The notes beneath the pieces are model-generated. The model was not told the origin of the DNA. It searched no databases and worked only from the letters and a program-made list of their open reading frames with translations. Of a stretch of 64,000 nucleotides of DNA, positions 1 to 9,254 are shown one piece after another. The position numbers were made by a program, and so were the translations under genes. Position 1 is the stretch's first letter. Each line of letters begins with the position of its first letter. The stretch covers positions 821,752 through 885,751 of the forward strand of contig OZ240251.1 of assembly GCA_965198285.1 (NCBI GenBank), in the 5' to 3' direction. This DNA is from Chloroflexota bacterium (GTDB taxonomy: Bacteria; Chloroflexota; UBA11872).

Positions 1-70
1 GGCCAGCGCGACCCGGCGGTGCGGGGTCAGCGCGTGCGTTGATTCAGTCCGGCCGAGCCGTGCGTCGTCC

Positions 71-1456
71 TCAGGCACGCTCCGACTGGTCCGTGGCTGG
101 AGTGGTGGCCGGGTCCGGCGCGCCGTCACCGTAGGCGTAGTCCCCGTAGTACTCGGTGGTGACCCGCCGCTGGGCGGCATTGATGACCACGCCCAGGAGC
201 ACGACGTTGGTGTTCAGCAGCGCTTCCCGTGCCCGCAGCAGCGGCTTGGGTCGCGTGACGCCGGCCTGCGCGACCAGCAGCGCGGCGCCGCCCGCCGCCG
301 CCAGGATGATCGGGTCCGACACGCCCAGCACTGGCGGGCTGTCGACGATCACGATGTCGGCCAGCCCGGAGAGCTCCTCCAGGACGTCGCGCATCCGAGC
401 GGAGGCCAAGAGTTCGGCGGCGTTCGGGGGCGACGCGCCCGCCGGAACGAGCGAAACGTTCTGGAAGGCCGTGGACCGCAGCGTTGCGCGCGCGTCCGCC
501 TCGCGGTTCACCAGCAGGCTGGTCAGGCCACGCGTGTTTCGCAGCTCGAACAGCCGGTGTAGATGCGGCCGCCGCAGGTCGGCATCCACGAGAATCACCC
601 GTCGGTCTGTCTGACCGAATACAACGGCTAGGTTGGCGGCCGTCGTCGACTTGCCTTCGGCCTGGCTGGCGCTCGTGACCAGCAGGCGGACCGGTTCCCG
701 CAGGCCCCACAGGTCGATGCTGGTGCGAATCTTGCGGTAGGCCTCAGCCGCGGGCGGCGGCAGATTGCCCGGAGCCGTCGGCGGGCGGCTCTCGCCAGCT
801 GGCAGCACGCCGACGACGCCCAGCGAGGCAAGCCCCAGCGGCTGCAGGTCGTCAGGCGACTTGACGGTGTCGTCTCGGTGTTCGAGCAACGCGGCGATGG
901 CCGCCGCGGCCAGCAGGCCGGCCAGCACTCCCACAATGGTGTTCAGGACCACTCGCGGCGCCACCGGCTTGGTGGGCAGCGCCGCCGGCTGTGCGATTCG
1001 CAGGGCCTGCGCTCCCCGTTCCGGCGGCAGGAACGGTTGCTGTTGTTCGATGAAGACGCGCGCCACGCTGTTGGCCAGGTCGCGCGAGAGCGCCGGGTCC
1101 GGCGTTTCGGCCCGGACTTCCAGAAGCTGTGTCTGGGCGATCGCCACGCCGTCGAGCAAGTCGTCCAGGTCGGCCGGCGTGATTGCCAGCTCGAGTTCCT
1201 CGGCAACCTGCTCCAACACCACCCGCTGTGTCGCCATGCGGGCATACGTCTTGACGAGTTGCTGGCTCAGCAGCGCGTCGCTGTAAGTCACCGTGCCCGG
1301 CGCGGCCGACTGGTTGACCACGATGGTGGCCGTGGCGCGGTACGTCGGACTAACCGCTCTCGAGACGCCCCAGGCGGCAGCACCGCCGGCCGCAAGGCCG
1401 ATCAGCAGCACCCACCACCAGCGCACGGCGACCGCCGTCAGCCAGCGAGGCTCCAC
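71..1456 (-). CDS. polysaccharide biosynthesis tyrosine autokinase (Wzz-like chain-length determinant fused to BY-kinase ATPase)
   Basis: 461-aa ORF with an N-terminal TM segment. C-terminal Walker A (SASQAEGKSTTAANLA) and VILVDADLRRP block are typical of CpsD/Wzc-type BY-kinases. Confidence 0.8.
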   Translation of the reverse strand: MEPRWLTAVAVRWWWVLLIGLAAGGAAAWGVSRAVSPTYRATATIVVNQSAAPGTVTYSDALLSQQLVKTYARMATQRVVLEQVAEELELAITPADLDDLLDGVAIAQTQLLEVRAETPDPALSRDLANSVARVFIEQQQPFLPPERGAQALRIAQPAALPTKPVAPRVVLNTIVGVLAGLLAAAAIAALLEHRDDTVKSPDDLQPLGLASLGVVGVLPAGESRPPTAPGNLPPPAAEAYRKIRTSIDLWGLREPVRLLVTSASQAEGKSTTAANLAVVFGQTDRRVILVDADLRRPHLHRLFELRNTRGLTSLLVNREADARATLRSTAFQNVSLVPAGASPPNAAELLASARMRDVLEELSGLADIVIVDSPPVLGVSDPIILAAAGGAALLVAQAGVTRPKPLLRAREALLNTNVVLLGVVINAAQRRVTTEYYGDYAYGDGAPDPATTPATDQSERA

Positions 1457-1715
1457 ACCACAACCTTTCGGGAAGAGCTGCGCCCCGCCCGTCAGCTGCG
1501 GCTCGTGCTGAACCTATACCGTAGCCGGACGCTAGGCATGGTCGCGTCCGACCGGTGGCCTGAATAGTAGCGGCGCGGCCTGGAGCGCGGCGGTGCCCTC
1601 ACTGGCCCGGCCCATCCGCGGTGCGCGAATGTCGGCGTAGCTTGACGCCAAGCGTTGGCGCCGATTACACCGTGACAGGCAGTGCGCGCCCGCACGCAAG
1701 GAAGGGCAATCCGAC

Positions 1716-2141
1716 ATGACGCTCTGGACCGGCGATCTGAATTACCTGGCTGTGGTTGTGGCGGCGGTCATCCCCATGGCGCTCGGCATGTGGTGGTACG
1801 CCCCGCGATTCGGTTTGGGCAACATCTGGCTGCGGCTGATCGTCATGACCGAGGAAGAAATTCGCGAGGGCGGTGGCGGGCAGGGACCCGTGATGGGCCT
1901 GATGCTGATCAGCGCCCTGGTGCAGTCCTACGTCCTGGCGCTGCTGGTCAAGATGACCGGCGCGGACGGCTTTGGCGAAGGCGTGGTTCTGGGTATCTGG
2001 CTCCTGGTCGGCGTGATCGCGACGACCAGTCTGGGCGTGTACATGTTTGCCGGCCGTGGGCTGCGTCTCTGGGCGTTCAACAATGCCTATCACCTCGTCA
2101 CGGTCGTGCTGATGGCGGGTCTGCTTGCCGCCTGGGCATAG
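1716..2141 (+). CDS. DUF1761-like small membrane protein
   Basis: 141-aa hydrophobic ORF. The N-terminus (LNYLAVVVAAVIPMALGMWWYAPRFG) resembles the DUF1761 family. Assignment is from memory of the family consensus. Confidence 0.5.
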   Translation: MTLWTGDLNYLAVVVAAVIPMALGMWWYAPRFGLGNIWLRLIVMTEEEIREGGGGQGPVMGLMLISALVQSYVLALLVKMTGADGFGEGVVLGIWLLVGVIATTSLGVYMFAGRGLRLWAFNNAYHLVTVVLMAGLLAAWA

Positions 2142-2234
2142 CCGCCGGCCGCTCGCGGATCCCACAGTTCTGACCGGCCTGGACACTGGCTGTAGGTACC
2201 GACTGACTGTCGCCGACTAGCCGGCCTGCTACCG

Positions 2235-3128
2235 ATGCTTGACCGCCTCCGCTCGTACCGCGACGTAACCCTCTACGGCCTGGCGCTGCTGGCGACCGGC
2301 CTGCTGGCGCTGGCGCCGGCGGGCCTTATCGACGCTGTCGCAGCGCGCGCTGGACGGCTGGTCTATCGGCGCGCGGGCCCCCGTGGCGCGCGGCTGCGCG
2401 CGAACCTGCGGGTGGTGGTGGGACCGGACGCATCGGACTCTGAGATCGAATCGCTGGCCGAAGGCGTGTACGCGGCCTATGGGCAGTACCTGGCGGAGTT
2501 CTTCACCTTGCACTGGCCTGACCTGTGGGGCCGCCGCCGCCGGCTCATCGTGGACGAACGCACGCTGCGGAAGGCCAAGCGTCAGGGGCGCGGCGTGGTG
2601 CTCTTCGGTATCCACGCGGGGAACTGGGATATGGCCGCTTCGGAGTGCGCCCGCCGCTACGGCGCGTTCCACAGCGCCGGGGAATCAGTGGAGCCGGCCT
2701 GGCTGGGAAGGTTGACCAACCGGGTCCGGCGCGGCGCGGGCACCCGGCTCTACGACCCAATGCGCGCGGCGCGTCCCTTGCTGCGCGCCCTGCGAGACGG
2801 CGACATCATCGGTCTCGTCGCCGACCGCCCGGTGGCGGGGCCCGGTGTGGACGTGGAGTTGTGCGGCCGTCCCGCGCGGCTGCCGGTTGGACCCGTCTGG
2901 CTGGCCCTGCGCAACGGCGCGCCGCTGCTGCCCACGGCCATCGAGCGCCAGCCCAACGGCACGGTCTTCGTCGAGTTTTTGGACCAAGTCAAGCTTTCTG
3001 ATCTCAAGCCCAACGCTGAGGGCATCGCCATCGGCGTGCAGCGCATGGCCGACGCGCTCACCCGGCTGATCCGGCGCGGTTACCCGAGTTGGTTCGCGCT
3101 CCAGGAAGTCTGGCCGGACGAAACCTAG
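2235..3128 (+). CDS. lysophospholipid acyltransferase (LpxL/HtrB / PatA-like)
   Basis: 297-aa ORF with the HX4D acyltransferase motif (FGIHAGNWD) and overall LPLAT architecture. Confidence 0.7.
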   Translation: MLDRLRSYRDVTLYGLALLATGLLALAPAGLIDAVAARAGRLVYRRAGPRGARLRANLRVVVGPDASDSEIESLAEGVYAAYGQYLAEFFTLHWPDLWGRRRRLIVDERTLRKAKRQGRGVVLFGIHAGNWDMAASECARRYGAFHSAGESVEPAWLGRLTNRVRRGAGTRLYDPMRAARPLLRALRDGDIIGLVADRPVAGPGVDVELCGRPARLPVGPVWLALRNGAPLLPTAIERQPNGTVFVEFLDQVKLSDLKPNAEGIAIGVQRMADALTRLIRRGYPSWFALQEVWPDET

Positions 3129-3442
3129 CGCCAAGCGATCCGTCGGCCGTCGCTTGCGCTACTCAACCAAGTCCAGCCCAAGCGCGTCGGCTTTAGGGTA
3201 TGGTTGAAACATAACCAGCCACCGCGCGCCGCAGAAAAACCAGTGCGCGCGAACATCGGAAACTGCGCGCCTATCGCCATGTCGAGCTTGCGTGCCTGAT
3301 CCAGGGAGCATTCCCCATCGCTAGTTTCATTGACCTCGGAGTTCGCCAAGACCTCGCCGACGACCTCGCAGATCAGTCCATAATCGATCCCACACCCATC
3401 CAAGCCACCTGCATCCCGCTCCTGGTTGACGGACGTGACGTC

Positions 3443-4693
3443 GTGGGCCAGGCCCGCACCGGATCCGGCAAGACGCTGGCCTACGTGCTTCCGTTGCTGG
3501 CATGCATCGACGCCAGCCGCCGGGAGCAGCAGGCCCTTGTCTTGGGACCAACGCGCGAACTGGTGGAGCAGATCGCGTCGGTTACCGAGCCACTGGCCGC
3601 CCGCCTTGGCGCGCGCGTCGTCCGAATCCTGGGCGGCGTGAGCTACGGCCCGCAACGCAAGGCGCTGGACGCGGGCGCGCAGATCGTGGTGGCCACGCCT
3701 GGCCGGGCACTGGACCTGATCGAAAGCGGCAGCATCCGCACCAAGGCCGTGCGCGTCGTGGTGCTGGACGAAGCCGACATGATGTTCGACATTGGCATGG
3801 CGCCGCAGGTGGAAGCCATCCTGCGGCACCTGCCGGCCGACCGGCAGACCTCGCTGTTCTCGGCCACGGTGCCCGCCTGGGTGCATCGCATTGCGCAGCG
3901 CCACCTCAGCGACCCGCAATGGACCGAACTCGACACCGAGCCTGACGACCTCCCCGACATCGACCATGAGGTCTGGATCGTGTCGGAGGTCGAGCGTCTG
4001 GCGGCCGTGCGGCACATTCTGGACGAATCACGGGGATCGCCGACGATTGTGTTCGGGCGAACCCGGCGTCAGGTGTCCCGCCTGGGCTCACGGCTGAAGG
4101 ATATGGGCCTGCGCGTGGACTCCATTCAGGGGGCGATGCCCCAGAACGCGCGCAGTCGCGTCATCCAACGCCTGCGCACCGCCCAGATCGACGTGCTGGT
4201 CGCCACCAACGTGGCCGCCCGCGGGCTCGACTTCGCCGGTCTGGCCCAGGTCATCAACTACGACGTGCCCGATGACCCAAATCTCTTCACGCACCGCACG
4301 GGCCGCACGGGCCGCATGGGCGGCCTGGGACGCTCGATCACGCTGGTCAGCGGCGCCGACCTGAATGCCCTGCACGCCATCGAGCGCATCCTGGGCAGCA
4401 AGCTGGTACGGCGTATGTGGCGCGATATGGCGGGCGCGAACGGCGCGGCCCATGGCTCGACCAACGGCGCGGCCCATGGCTCGGCCAACGGCCACACGCC
4501 CCGCGACCTGGCGGCCGCCGCAACCGTAGGCCCCGGCGGACACAAGATGCTGCCCGGTGAACGGCTCAGCGCCAACCGGCGTAGTAGCGAGCCGCCGCCG
4601 GCTGAGAGGCAGTCCCCAGCCGCCAACGGACAGTCGGAAAGTCCCCGCCGCCGCAGCCGGAGCAGACGCCGCCGCCCCGTCGGGGCCCGCTAG
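3443..4693 (+). CDS. DEAD-box ATP-dependent RNA helicase (N-terminus probably extends upstream to about 3263-3300 using a non-canonical start)
   Basis: Motifs GQARTGSGKT (I), VLDEADMM (II), SAT (III) and HRTGRTGR (VI), plus an RS-rich tail. The in-frame upstream sequence encodes the Q-motif (FIDLGV...DPTPIQ) but has no ATG/GTG/TTG between the stop at 3212 and 3443. Confidence 0.85.
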   Translation: MGQARTGSGKTLAYVLPLLACIDASRREQQALVLGPTRELVEQIASVTEPLAARLGARVVRILGGVSYGPQRKALDAGAQIVVATPGRALDLIESGSIRTKAVRVVVLDEADMMFDIGMAPQVEAILRHLPADRQTSLFSATVPAWVHRIAQRHLSDPQWTELDTEPDDLPDIDHEVWIVSEVERLAAVRHILDESRGSPTIVFGRTRRQVSRLGSRLKDMGLRVDSIQGAMPQNARSRVIQRLRTAQIDVLVATNVAARGLDFAGLAQVINYDVPDDPNLFTHRTGRTGRMGGLGRSITLVSGADLNALHAIERILGSKLVRRMWRDMAGANGAAHGSTNGAAHGSANGHTPRDLAAAATVGPGGHKMLPGERLSANRRSSEPPPAERQSPAANGQSESPRRRSRSRRRRPVGAR

Positions 4694-4843
4694 GAACCGG
4701 TAGGCGGTCGTCGGTCGCTGGCAGCCAGTCCTCAGTGGTCAGTCCACGCCTCCGCCATCTCTGCGCCGGCAACTGTCGGCTGACTGCCGGCCACGGTCGT
4801 CTGGCCTACAATCCGGCCCCACAGACAAACCCGAGACCCCGCC

Positions 4844-6013
4844 CTGTCTGACGCCCTGCGCGTCGGCCTGATTGCCGAACCGGCCGGCTGGCATCTCGAC
4901 GGCCTCATCGCCGTCTGCGCCCAGCATCCCGAAGTCGGCGAAGTCGCCGTCGCCGACCGCACCGGCCAGGTCGCCGGCGTCTTTCGTCCCATCACCGGGT
5001 CCTCGCCCGATCCCCACTGGCAGGGCCGTACGCACGAGCCTGGCTCCGGCCCGCCGCCCGGCTGGACCAAGTACGGACGCGAAGTCGACACGCCGTCCAT
5101 TCTTGGCGACAAGCTGGTCGCCAGCTTCACCGACCATCGCCGTCTGCTGGACGAATACAAGCCCGACGCGGTCTTGATCACGATGGAACCCCGCAAGATG
5201 CCGCCGGTGCTGATCGACTGCCTGGAAGCCGGCGTGCATGTGTTTCACGAAAAGCCCGCCTGCGGCCGCATCGAGGACTACCGTCGCGTAGTCGAGGCAG
5301 CGCACCGCTCATCCGCCCACCTCTGCGCCGCCTTCAACATGCGCGGCCTCGCCGCGGTCCGCGAAGCCCGCGACGTCGTGCAGAGCGGCGCGCTGGGTCG
5401 GCTGTTCGGCATGCAGGTGCACTACGTGGCTGAACACCCGCGCACCTGGCTCTGGGAAGAACTGGCCGACGGCTGGATGTACGACCGCGACCGCGGCGGC
5501 GGGCATCTCATCTTCCTGGGCTGCCACTACCTGGACCTGATGCGCTACATCACCGGCGCCAACGTGCGCCAGGTGGCCGGGTTCGCCGACAACGTGGGCG
5601 GCGAACCCATCAACGCCGAAGACGCCTACGCCATCAGCCTCAGGTTCGACAACGGCATGGTCGGCACCTTCTCGGGCGGATTCATGACACCGTCGTCACA
5701 GAAGCACGACGGCCTGCAAATCTGGGGCAGCCGCGGCTGGCTGCGCTTCAACCCCGAGGCCGACGACGGTTTCGAGTGGTTCACCCGCGAAGGTACCGGG
5801 GTCACCGCGCCCGAACGCCGGCTCAGCTTCACCGATACCGGCGTGAGCGGCGGGTTCGACCAGTTCAAACACGAGTTCTTCCAGGCCTGCCTGGGCAACG
5901 GCGAACCACCCATCAGCGCCGACGACGCCCTTTGGATGCACGAAACGGCGTGGGCCGCCCGCCGCGCCTCCGACACGGGTCAGACGCAGACGGTCAGCCT
6001 GGGAGGCAAGTAG
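4844..6013 (+). CDS. Gfo/Idh/MocA family oxidoreductase (start uncertain, probably CTG at 4844 or 4856)
   Basis: The track ORF starts at ATG 5174, but the same frame upstream (open from 4784) encodes the conserved N-terminal Rossmann part (LRVGLIAEPAGWH...DAVLITMEP...HVFHEKP). No ATG/GTG/TTG lies in 4784-5173. Confidence 0.7.
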   Translation: MSDALRVGLIAEPAGWHLDGLIAVCAQHPEVGEVAVADRTGQVAGVFRPITGSSPDPHWQGRTHEPGSGPPPGWTKYGREVDTPSILGDKLVASFTDHRRLLDEYKPDAVLITMEPRKMPPVLIDCLEAGVHVFHEKPACGRIEDYRRVVEAAHRSSAHLCAAFNMRGLAAVREARDVVQSGALGRLFGMQVHYVAEHPRTWLWEELADGWMYDRDRGGGHLIFLGCHYLDLMRYITGANVRQVAGFADNVGGEPINAEDAYAISLRFDNGMVGTFSGGFMTPSSQKHDGLQIWGSRGWLRFNPEADDGFEWFTREGTGVTAPERRLSFTDTGVSGGFDQFKHEFFQACLGNGEPPISADDALWMHETAWAARRASDTGQTQTVSLGGK

Positions 6014-6076
6014 CGCCCTCTCCGCACCGGTCACTGGTTTGGGCGGCTGGGCGGACCAACTCCCGAACCTTTGTCC

Positions 6077-6110
6077 TTGACGCTAATAGCGTAGCGCGCT
6101 AACATTCCAA
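6077..6110 (+). promoter_or_regulatory. sigma70-like promoter TTGACG-N17-TAACAT overlapping a perfect 10-bp palindrome TAGCGCGCTA (6092-6101), immediately upstream of higB
   Basis: Read directly: -35 at 6077-6082, -10 at 6100-6105, and the GTG start of higB at 6111 (5-6 nt after the -10, which implies a leaderless mRNA). Confidence 0.4.
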
Positions 6111-6398
6111 GTGATTAGGAGTTTCCGGGACAAGGACACCGAGGCGGTTGCCCAGCGGCGGCACGACCGCAAGTTCTCCCGGGAAATCCAACGTCGCGCT
6201 CAACGAAAGCTGATGATCTTGAACAACGCTGCGAGCCTGAACGACCTGCGCGTACCGCCAGGAAACCGTTTGGAAGCCCTTGCTGGTGACCGGACGGGGC
6301 AATACAGCATCCGCGTCAACGCTCAATGGCGCATCTGCTTTGATTGGGAAGACGGCGACGCCAATGCGGTCGAAATCGTGGACTATCACGGAGGGTGA
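6111..6398 (+). CDS. higB: HigB-family type II toxin (RelE/ParE superfamily mRNA interferase)
   Basis: 95 aa: MIRSFRDKDTE...LNDLRVPPGNRLEALAGDRTGQYSIRVNAQWRICFDWEDGDANAVEIVDYH, matching the HigB 'plasmid maintenance killer' consensus. Confidence 0.85.
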   Translation: MIRSFRDKDTEAVAQRRHDRKFSREIQRRAQRKLMILNNAASLNDLRVPPGNRLEALAGDRTGQYSIRVNAQWRICFDWEDGDANAVEIVDYHGG

Positions 6399-6399
6399 A

Positions 6400-6738
6400 A
6401 TGGCGGATGTAACGAGCTTGCGGATTTCAAGTGCTTCGCCACGTCCAGCCAAGCTTCCTCCCATCCACCCTGGCGAGATCCTGAACGAGGAGTTTCTGCG
6501 TCCGCTCAACCTCAGCCAGTACCGACTGGCGAAGGCCATTGGCGTCGATCCGCGCAGGATTCACGCGATCGTCCACGGCCAGCGGGCCATCACGGCCGAA
6601 ACGTCGTTGCTGCTCGCGCGCTTCTTCGGAAACTCGGCTGCATTTTGGCTGGGCTTGCAGAGTCAGTACGACTTGGAGACCGCCGAAGATCGACTGGCGG
6701 ACCGCCTGGAACAAGTGACGGCATACGCGAGCGGATAG
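6400..6738 (+). CDS. higA: HigA-family HTH antitoxin
   Basis: ATG 1 nt after the higB stop. Carries HPGEILNEEFL...LSQYRLAKAIGV...RIHAIVHGQRAITAETSLLLARFFGNS, an XRE-type HTH typical of HigA. Confidence 0.85.
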   Translation: MADVTSLRISSASPRPAKLPPIHPGEILNEEFLRPLNLSQYRLAKAIGVDPRRIHAIVHGQRAITAETSLLLARFFGNSAAFWLGLQSQYDLETAEDRLADRLEQVTAYASG

Positions 6739-7055
6739 GCTGCGCCGTCACATGGTTCTGGTTGATGGGTGAAGGCGTGAGCGGTCGAGCCCCGTGGCGC
6801 CTTTCCGAGTTGCGGGCCGACAATCCGAAGCGACCGGAGACGCTAGCGCTCCTCAGGATCTTGGCCCTGGGCAATCGTCAAGTCGCTGCCGGCCAGGTGC
6901 AGCCCGCCGCTGATGTCGTGGCCAAGCTGCGGGAGCGGCGACCGGACGGCTAATCGGTCTCGAGATTGCTTACTCGAGCTAGGCCTTCTCGATAGCGCAC
7001 TTGGGGACGCTGACTCCTTGCCGTCTCCCGATCAGTACGACCCTCGTTCAGATCC

Positions 7056-7391
7056 TCATTTCGCCAGGCGCGGCGAAACCGACGCTCCGGCGGGCTGGTA
7101 GCGCCGAACGCTGATTTCGCCGGCTCGGGCGCGCATCTGTGCGGCGTCGTACCAGGCTTGCATTTCCAGTAGCAGGTCCATTCGCACGTCAAAGGCCTTC
7201 TCGATGCGTAGCGCCATTTCGGGCGAGAGCGAGGCACGTCCGTTCAGCAGGTCAGAGAGCGTCGCCCGCCGCACGCCAAGAATCTCGGCCGTCTTCGTCA
7301 CGCTGAGTCCCAGCTCCTCGATGACCTCCGTACGGACGAAGTCGCCGGGATGCGCAGGGGTCATGCTCACGCCCCGGCGGCCGGCAGTCAT
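7056..7391 (-). CDS. orphan HigA/VapI-family HTH antitoxin (may start at internal M, 7364)
   Basis: HPGDFVRTEVIEELGLSVTKTAEILGVRRATLSDLLNGRASLSPEMALRIEKAF matches the HigA-family antidote. No HigB-like ORF lies on either side. Confidence 0.7.
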   Translation of the reverse strand: MTAGRRGVSMTPAHPGDFVRTEVIEELGLSVTKTAEILGVRRATLSDLLNGRASLSPEMALRIEKAFDVRMDLLLEMQAWYDAAQMRARAGEISVRRYQPAGASVSPRLAK

Positions 7392-7458
7392 TGGCGATAG
7401 TCCCCAACGTCCGAAGGTCGGGATCTAGGATTCTCCTCATGCTGCCGCGGACGAGACT

Positions 7459-8229
7459 TCAATTCGTCGCCCGCCGGTATTCGTACGTCGCCGCCCCCAC
7501 CAGCACCAGCGTCGTCGCCAGCAACACCCAAATGCCCGGCAGGATGCTGTCCCAAACCCAGCCTTCGATGATCACGGCGCGCACGGCCACCATGATGTAC
7601 TCGATGGGATTCAGGCCAACGGCCACCTGGAACCAGCCGGTCAGCAGGTCGCGCGGCATGAAGGCCGAGGTCAGAAACGCCAGCGGCATGAAGAGCAGCC
7701 AGCTATTCACCGTCACCTGCACGCTGCGGGTGCGCATGGCGACGATCAGGCCTACGCAGCCCATCGCCACGCCCAGCAATGTGGTGCCCACGATGACGCC
7801 CAGCACGCCGAGGATTCCGCCTTCGAAGCGCACGCCGATGGCCGTGGCCACCAGGATGATCGCCAGCACCTGCGCCATGGCCCGCGTGCCCCCAATCAGC
7901 AGCGTGCCCAGCAGGATCGAAAAGCGGTTCACGGGCGACAGCAGTAGCTTGTCCACGTAGCCCGACATCATGTCCGTCAGCAGCACCATGGCCATGTCGC
8001 TACCGCTGAAGACCACCGCCATCACGATCACCATGGCGGCCAGGAAGGCCTGGTAGTCGTCGGCCGGGAACCCCGGCAGCGCCGTGATCCCGCGCAGCGG
8101 CTCGCCAAAGAACAGGAACATGAACGCCGACGACAGCACCGCCGCCACGATCATCCACGGCTGCGCCAGCCACGTCTTCAGGTTCCGAACGTAAATGAAA
8201 TAGCTCTCTCGCAGTACAAGCATTGGCAT
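7459..8229 (-). CDS. ABC-2 type transporter permease
   Basis: Multi-TM 256-aa protein. Start taken at MPMLVL with an ATGA overlap to the upstream ATPase stop. Confidence 0.75.
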   Translation of the reverse strand: MPMLVLRESYFIYVRNLKTWLAQPWMIVAAVLSSAFMFLFFGEPLRGITALPGFPADDYQAFLAAMVIVMAVVFSGSDMAMVLLTDMMSGYVDKLLLSPVNRFSILLGTLLIGGTRAMAQVLAIILVATAIGVRFEGGILGVLGVIVGTTLLGVAMGCVGLIVAMRTRSVQVTVNSWLLFMPLAFLTSAFMPRDLLTGWFQVAVGLNPIEYIMVAVRAVIIEGWVWDSILPGIWVLLATTLVLVGAATYEYRRATN

Positions 8230-9254
8230 TACCTCCGGTTGACGCCCATCCACTGGCTCCACATGCGGTCTTCGGCGTCGCCATCGGCGTCTGAGTCGCG
8301 AATCTGGCGGCCGGTGTGCTGGAGGAAGACGTCGTCCAGCGATGGGCGGGTGATGGACAGGTTGGCGATGGACAGGTTGGCGCCGCGAAACGCGTCCATG
8401 ATTGCCGGGGCTGCGGCGCCGCCGTCGCTGACGGTGGCGGTTAGACCGCCGGCCGCGATGTCCGCCTGCTGGACTCCGGGCAGGGCGCGCACGGCCGTCA
8501 GGGCCGCGGCCACGCGGTCGTCCGCCGATTCGTTTGAGTCAAAGGCCACGTGCACGATGTCCCCGCCCACGCTCGCCTTCAGCTCGGCGGGGGAGCCTCC
8601 GGCCACCAGGCGTCCGTGGTCGATGATGGCCAGCCGCCGGCAGAGCCGGTCGGCCTCGTCCATGTGCTGCGTCGTCAGGAAGATCGTCACGCCCTGAGCA
8701 TTGAGATGTTCCAGGTGCTCCCAAACGGCAATCCGGCTTTGCGGATCCAGGCCCGTGGTCGGTTCGTCCAGAAACAGGACGCCCGGGTTGTGCATCAGCG
8801 CGCCGGCCAGGTCGATCCGCCGCCGCATCCCGCCCGAGTAGGACCCAACGCGGCGGTCGGCGACGGACGTCAGCCCCACCAGATCCAGCAGCTCCGCGGC
8901 CCGGGCGCGCGCCTGGGCGCGCGACAGCCCGTAGAGCAATCCTTGCAATTCCAGAAAGTCACGTCCCTTCGAGAGGTCGTCCAGTCCCACCTCTTGCAGC
9001 GCCACGCCAATGGCTTGCCGCACCGCTTTCGGATCGCGGGTTACGTCCAGGCCGGCCACCTCCACGCGACCGGAGCTCTTGGTCAGCAGCGTGGCCAGAA
9101 TCTTGATGGTGGTGGTCTTGCCCGCGCCGTTCGGTCCCAGGAAGCCGAAGAACTCGCCGCGCTCGACCTCAAAGCTGATCCCGTCCACGGCGCGCACGCC
9201 GCCCGGATAGGTCTTGGCCAGCCCTTCCACCAGGACCGCTGGACCGTTCGTCAT
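8229..9254 (-). CDS. ABC transporter ATP-binding protein (DrrA-like, with C-terminal DUF4162-type extension)
   Basis: Walker A GPNGAGKTT, signature YSGGMRRR, Walker B LFLDEPTTGLD. Start set at MTNGPAVLVEGL rather than the 63-codon upstream extension of the track ORF. Confidence 0.8.
   Translation of the reverse strand: MTNGPAVLVEGLAKTYPGGVRAVDGISFEVERGEFFGFLGPNGAGKTTTIKILATLLTKSSGRVEVAGLDVTRDPKAVRQAIGVALQEVGLDDLSKGRDFLELQGLLYGLSRAQARARAAELLDLVGLTSVADRRVGSYSGGMRRRIDLAGALMHNPGVLFLDEPTTGLDPQSRIAVWEHLEHLNAQGVTIFLTTQHMDEADRLCRRLAIIDHGRLVAGGSPAELKASVGGDIVHVAFDSNESADDRVAAALTAVRALPGVQQADIAAGGLTATVSDGGAAAPAIMDAFRGANLSIANLSITRPSLDDVFLQHTGRQIRDSDADGDAEDRMWSQWMGVNRR

Noticed and set aside
4439-4493. 24-bp tandem direct repeat (AACGGCGCGGCCCATGGCTCGRCC x 2.3) as a possible CRISPR or mobile-element remnant
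   Set aside because: It lies inside the helicase C-terminal tail and simply encodes NGAAHGST/NGAAHGSA peptide repeats. There are no spacers and no cas genes.
5174-6013. ATG 5174 as the start of the Gfo/Idh/MocA gene (as in the ORF track)
   Set aside because: The same frame upstream encodes the conserved N-terminal Rossmann strand and the DAVLI block. A protein starting at 5174 would lack its NAD(P)-binding domain.
6753-6950. 62-aa ORF (MGEGVSGRAPWRLSELRADNPKRPETLALLRILALGNRQ...) downstream of higA
   Set aside because: No motif. It overlaps the tail of the higA frame in the track only because of a shared upstream ORF. The composition is unconvincing, so it is left unannotated.
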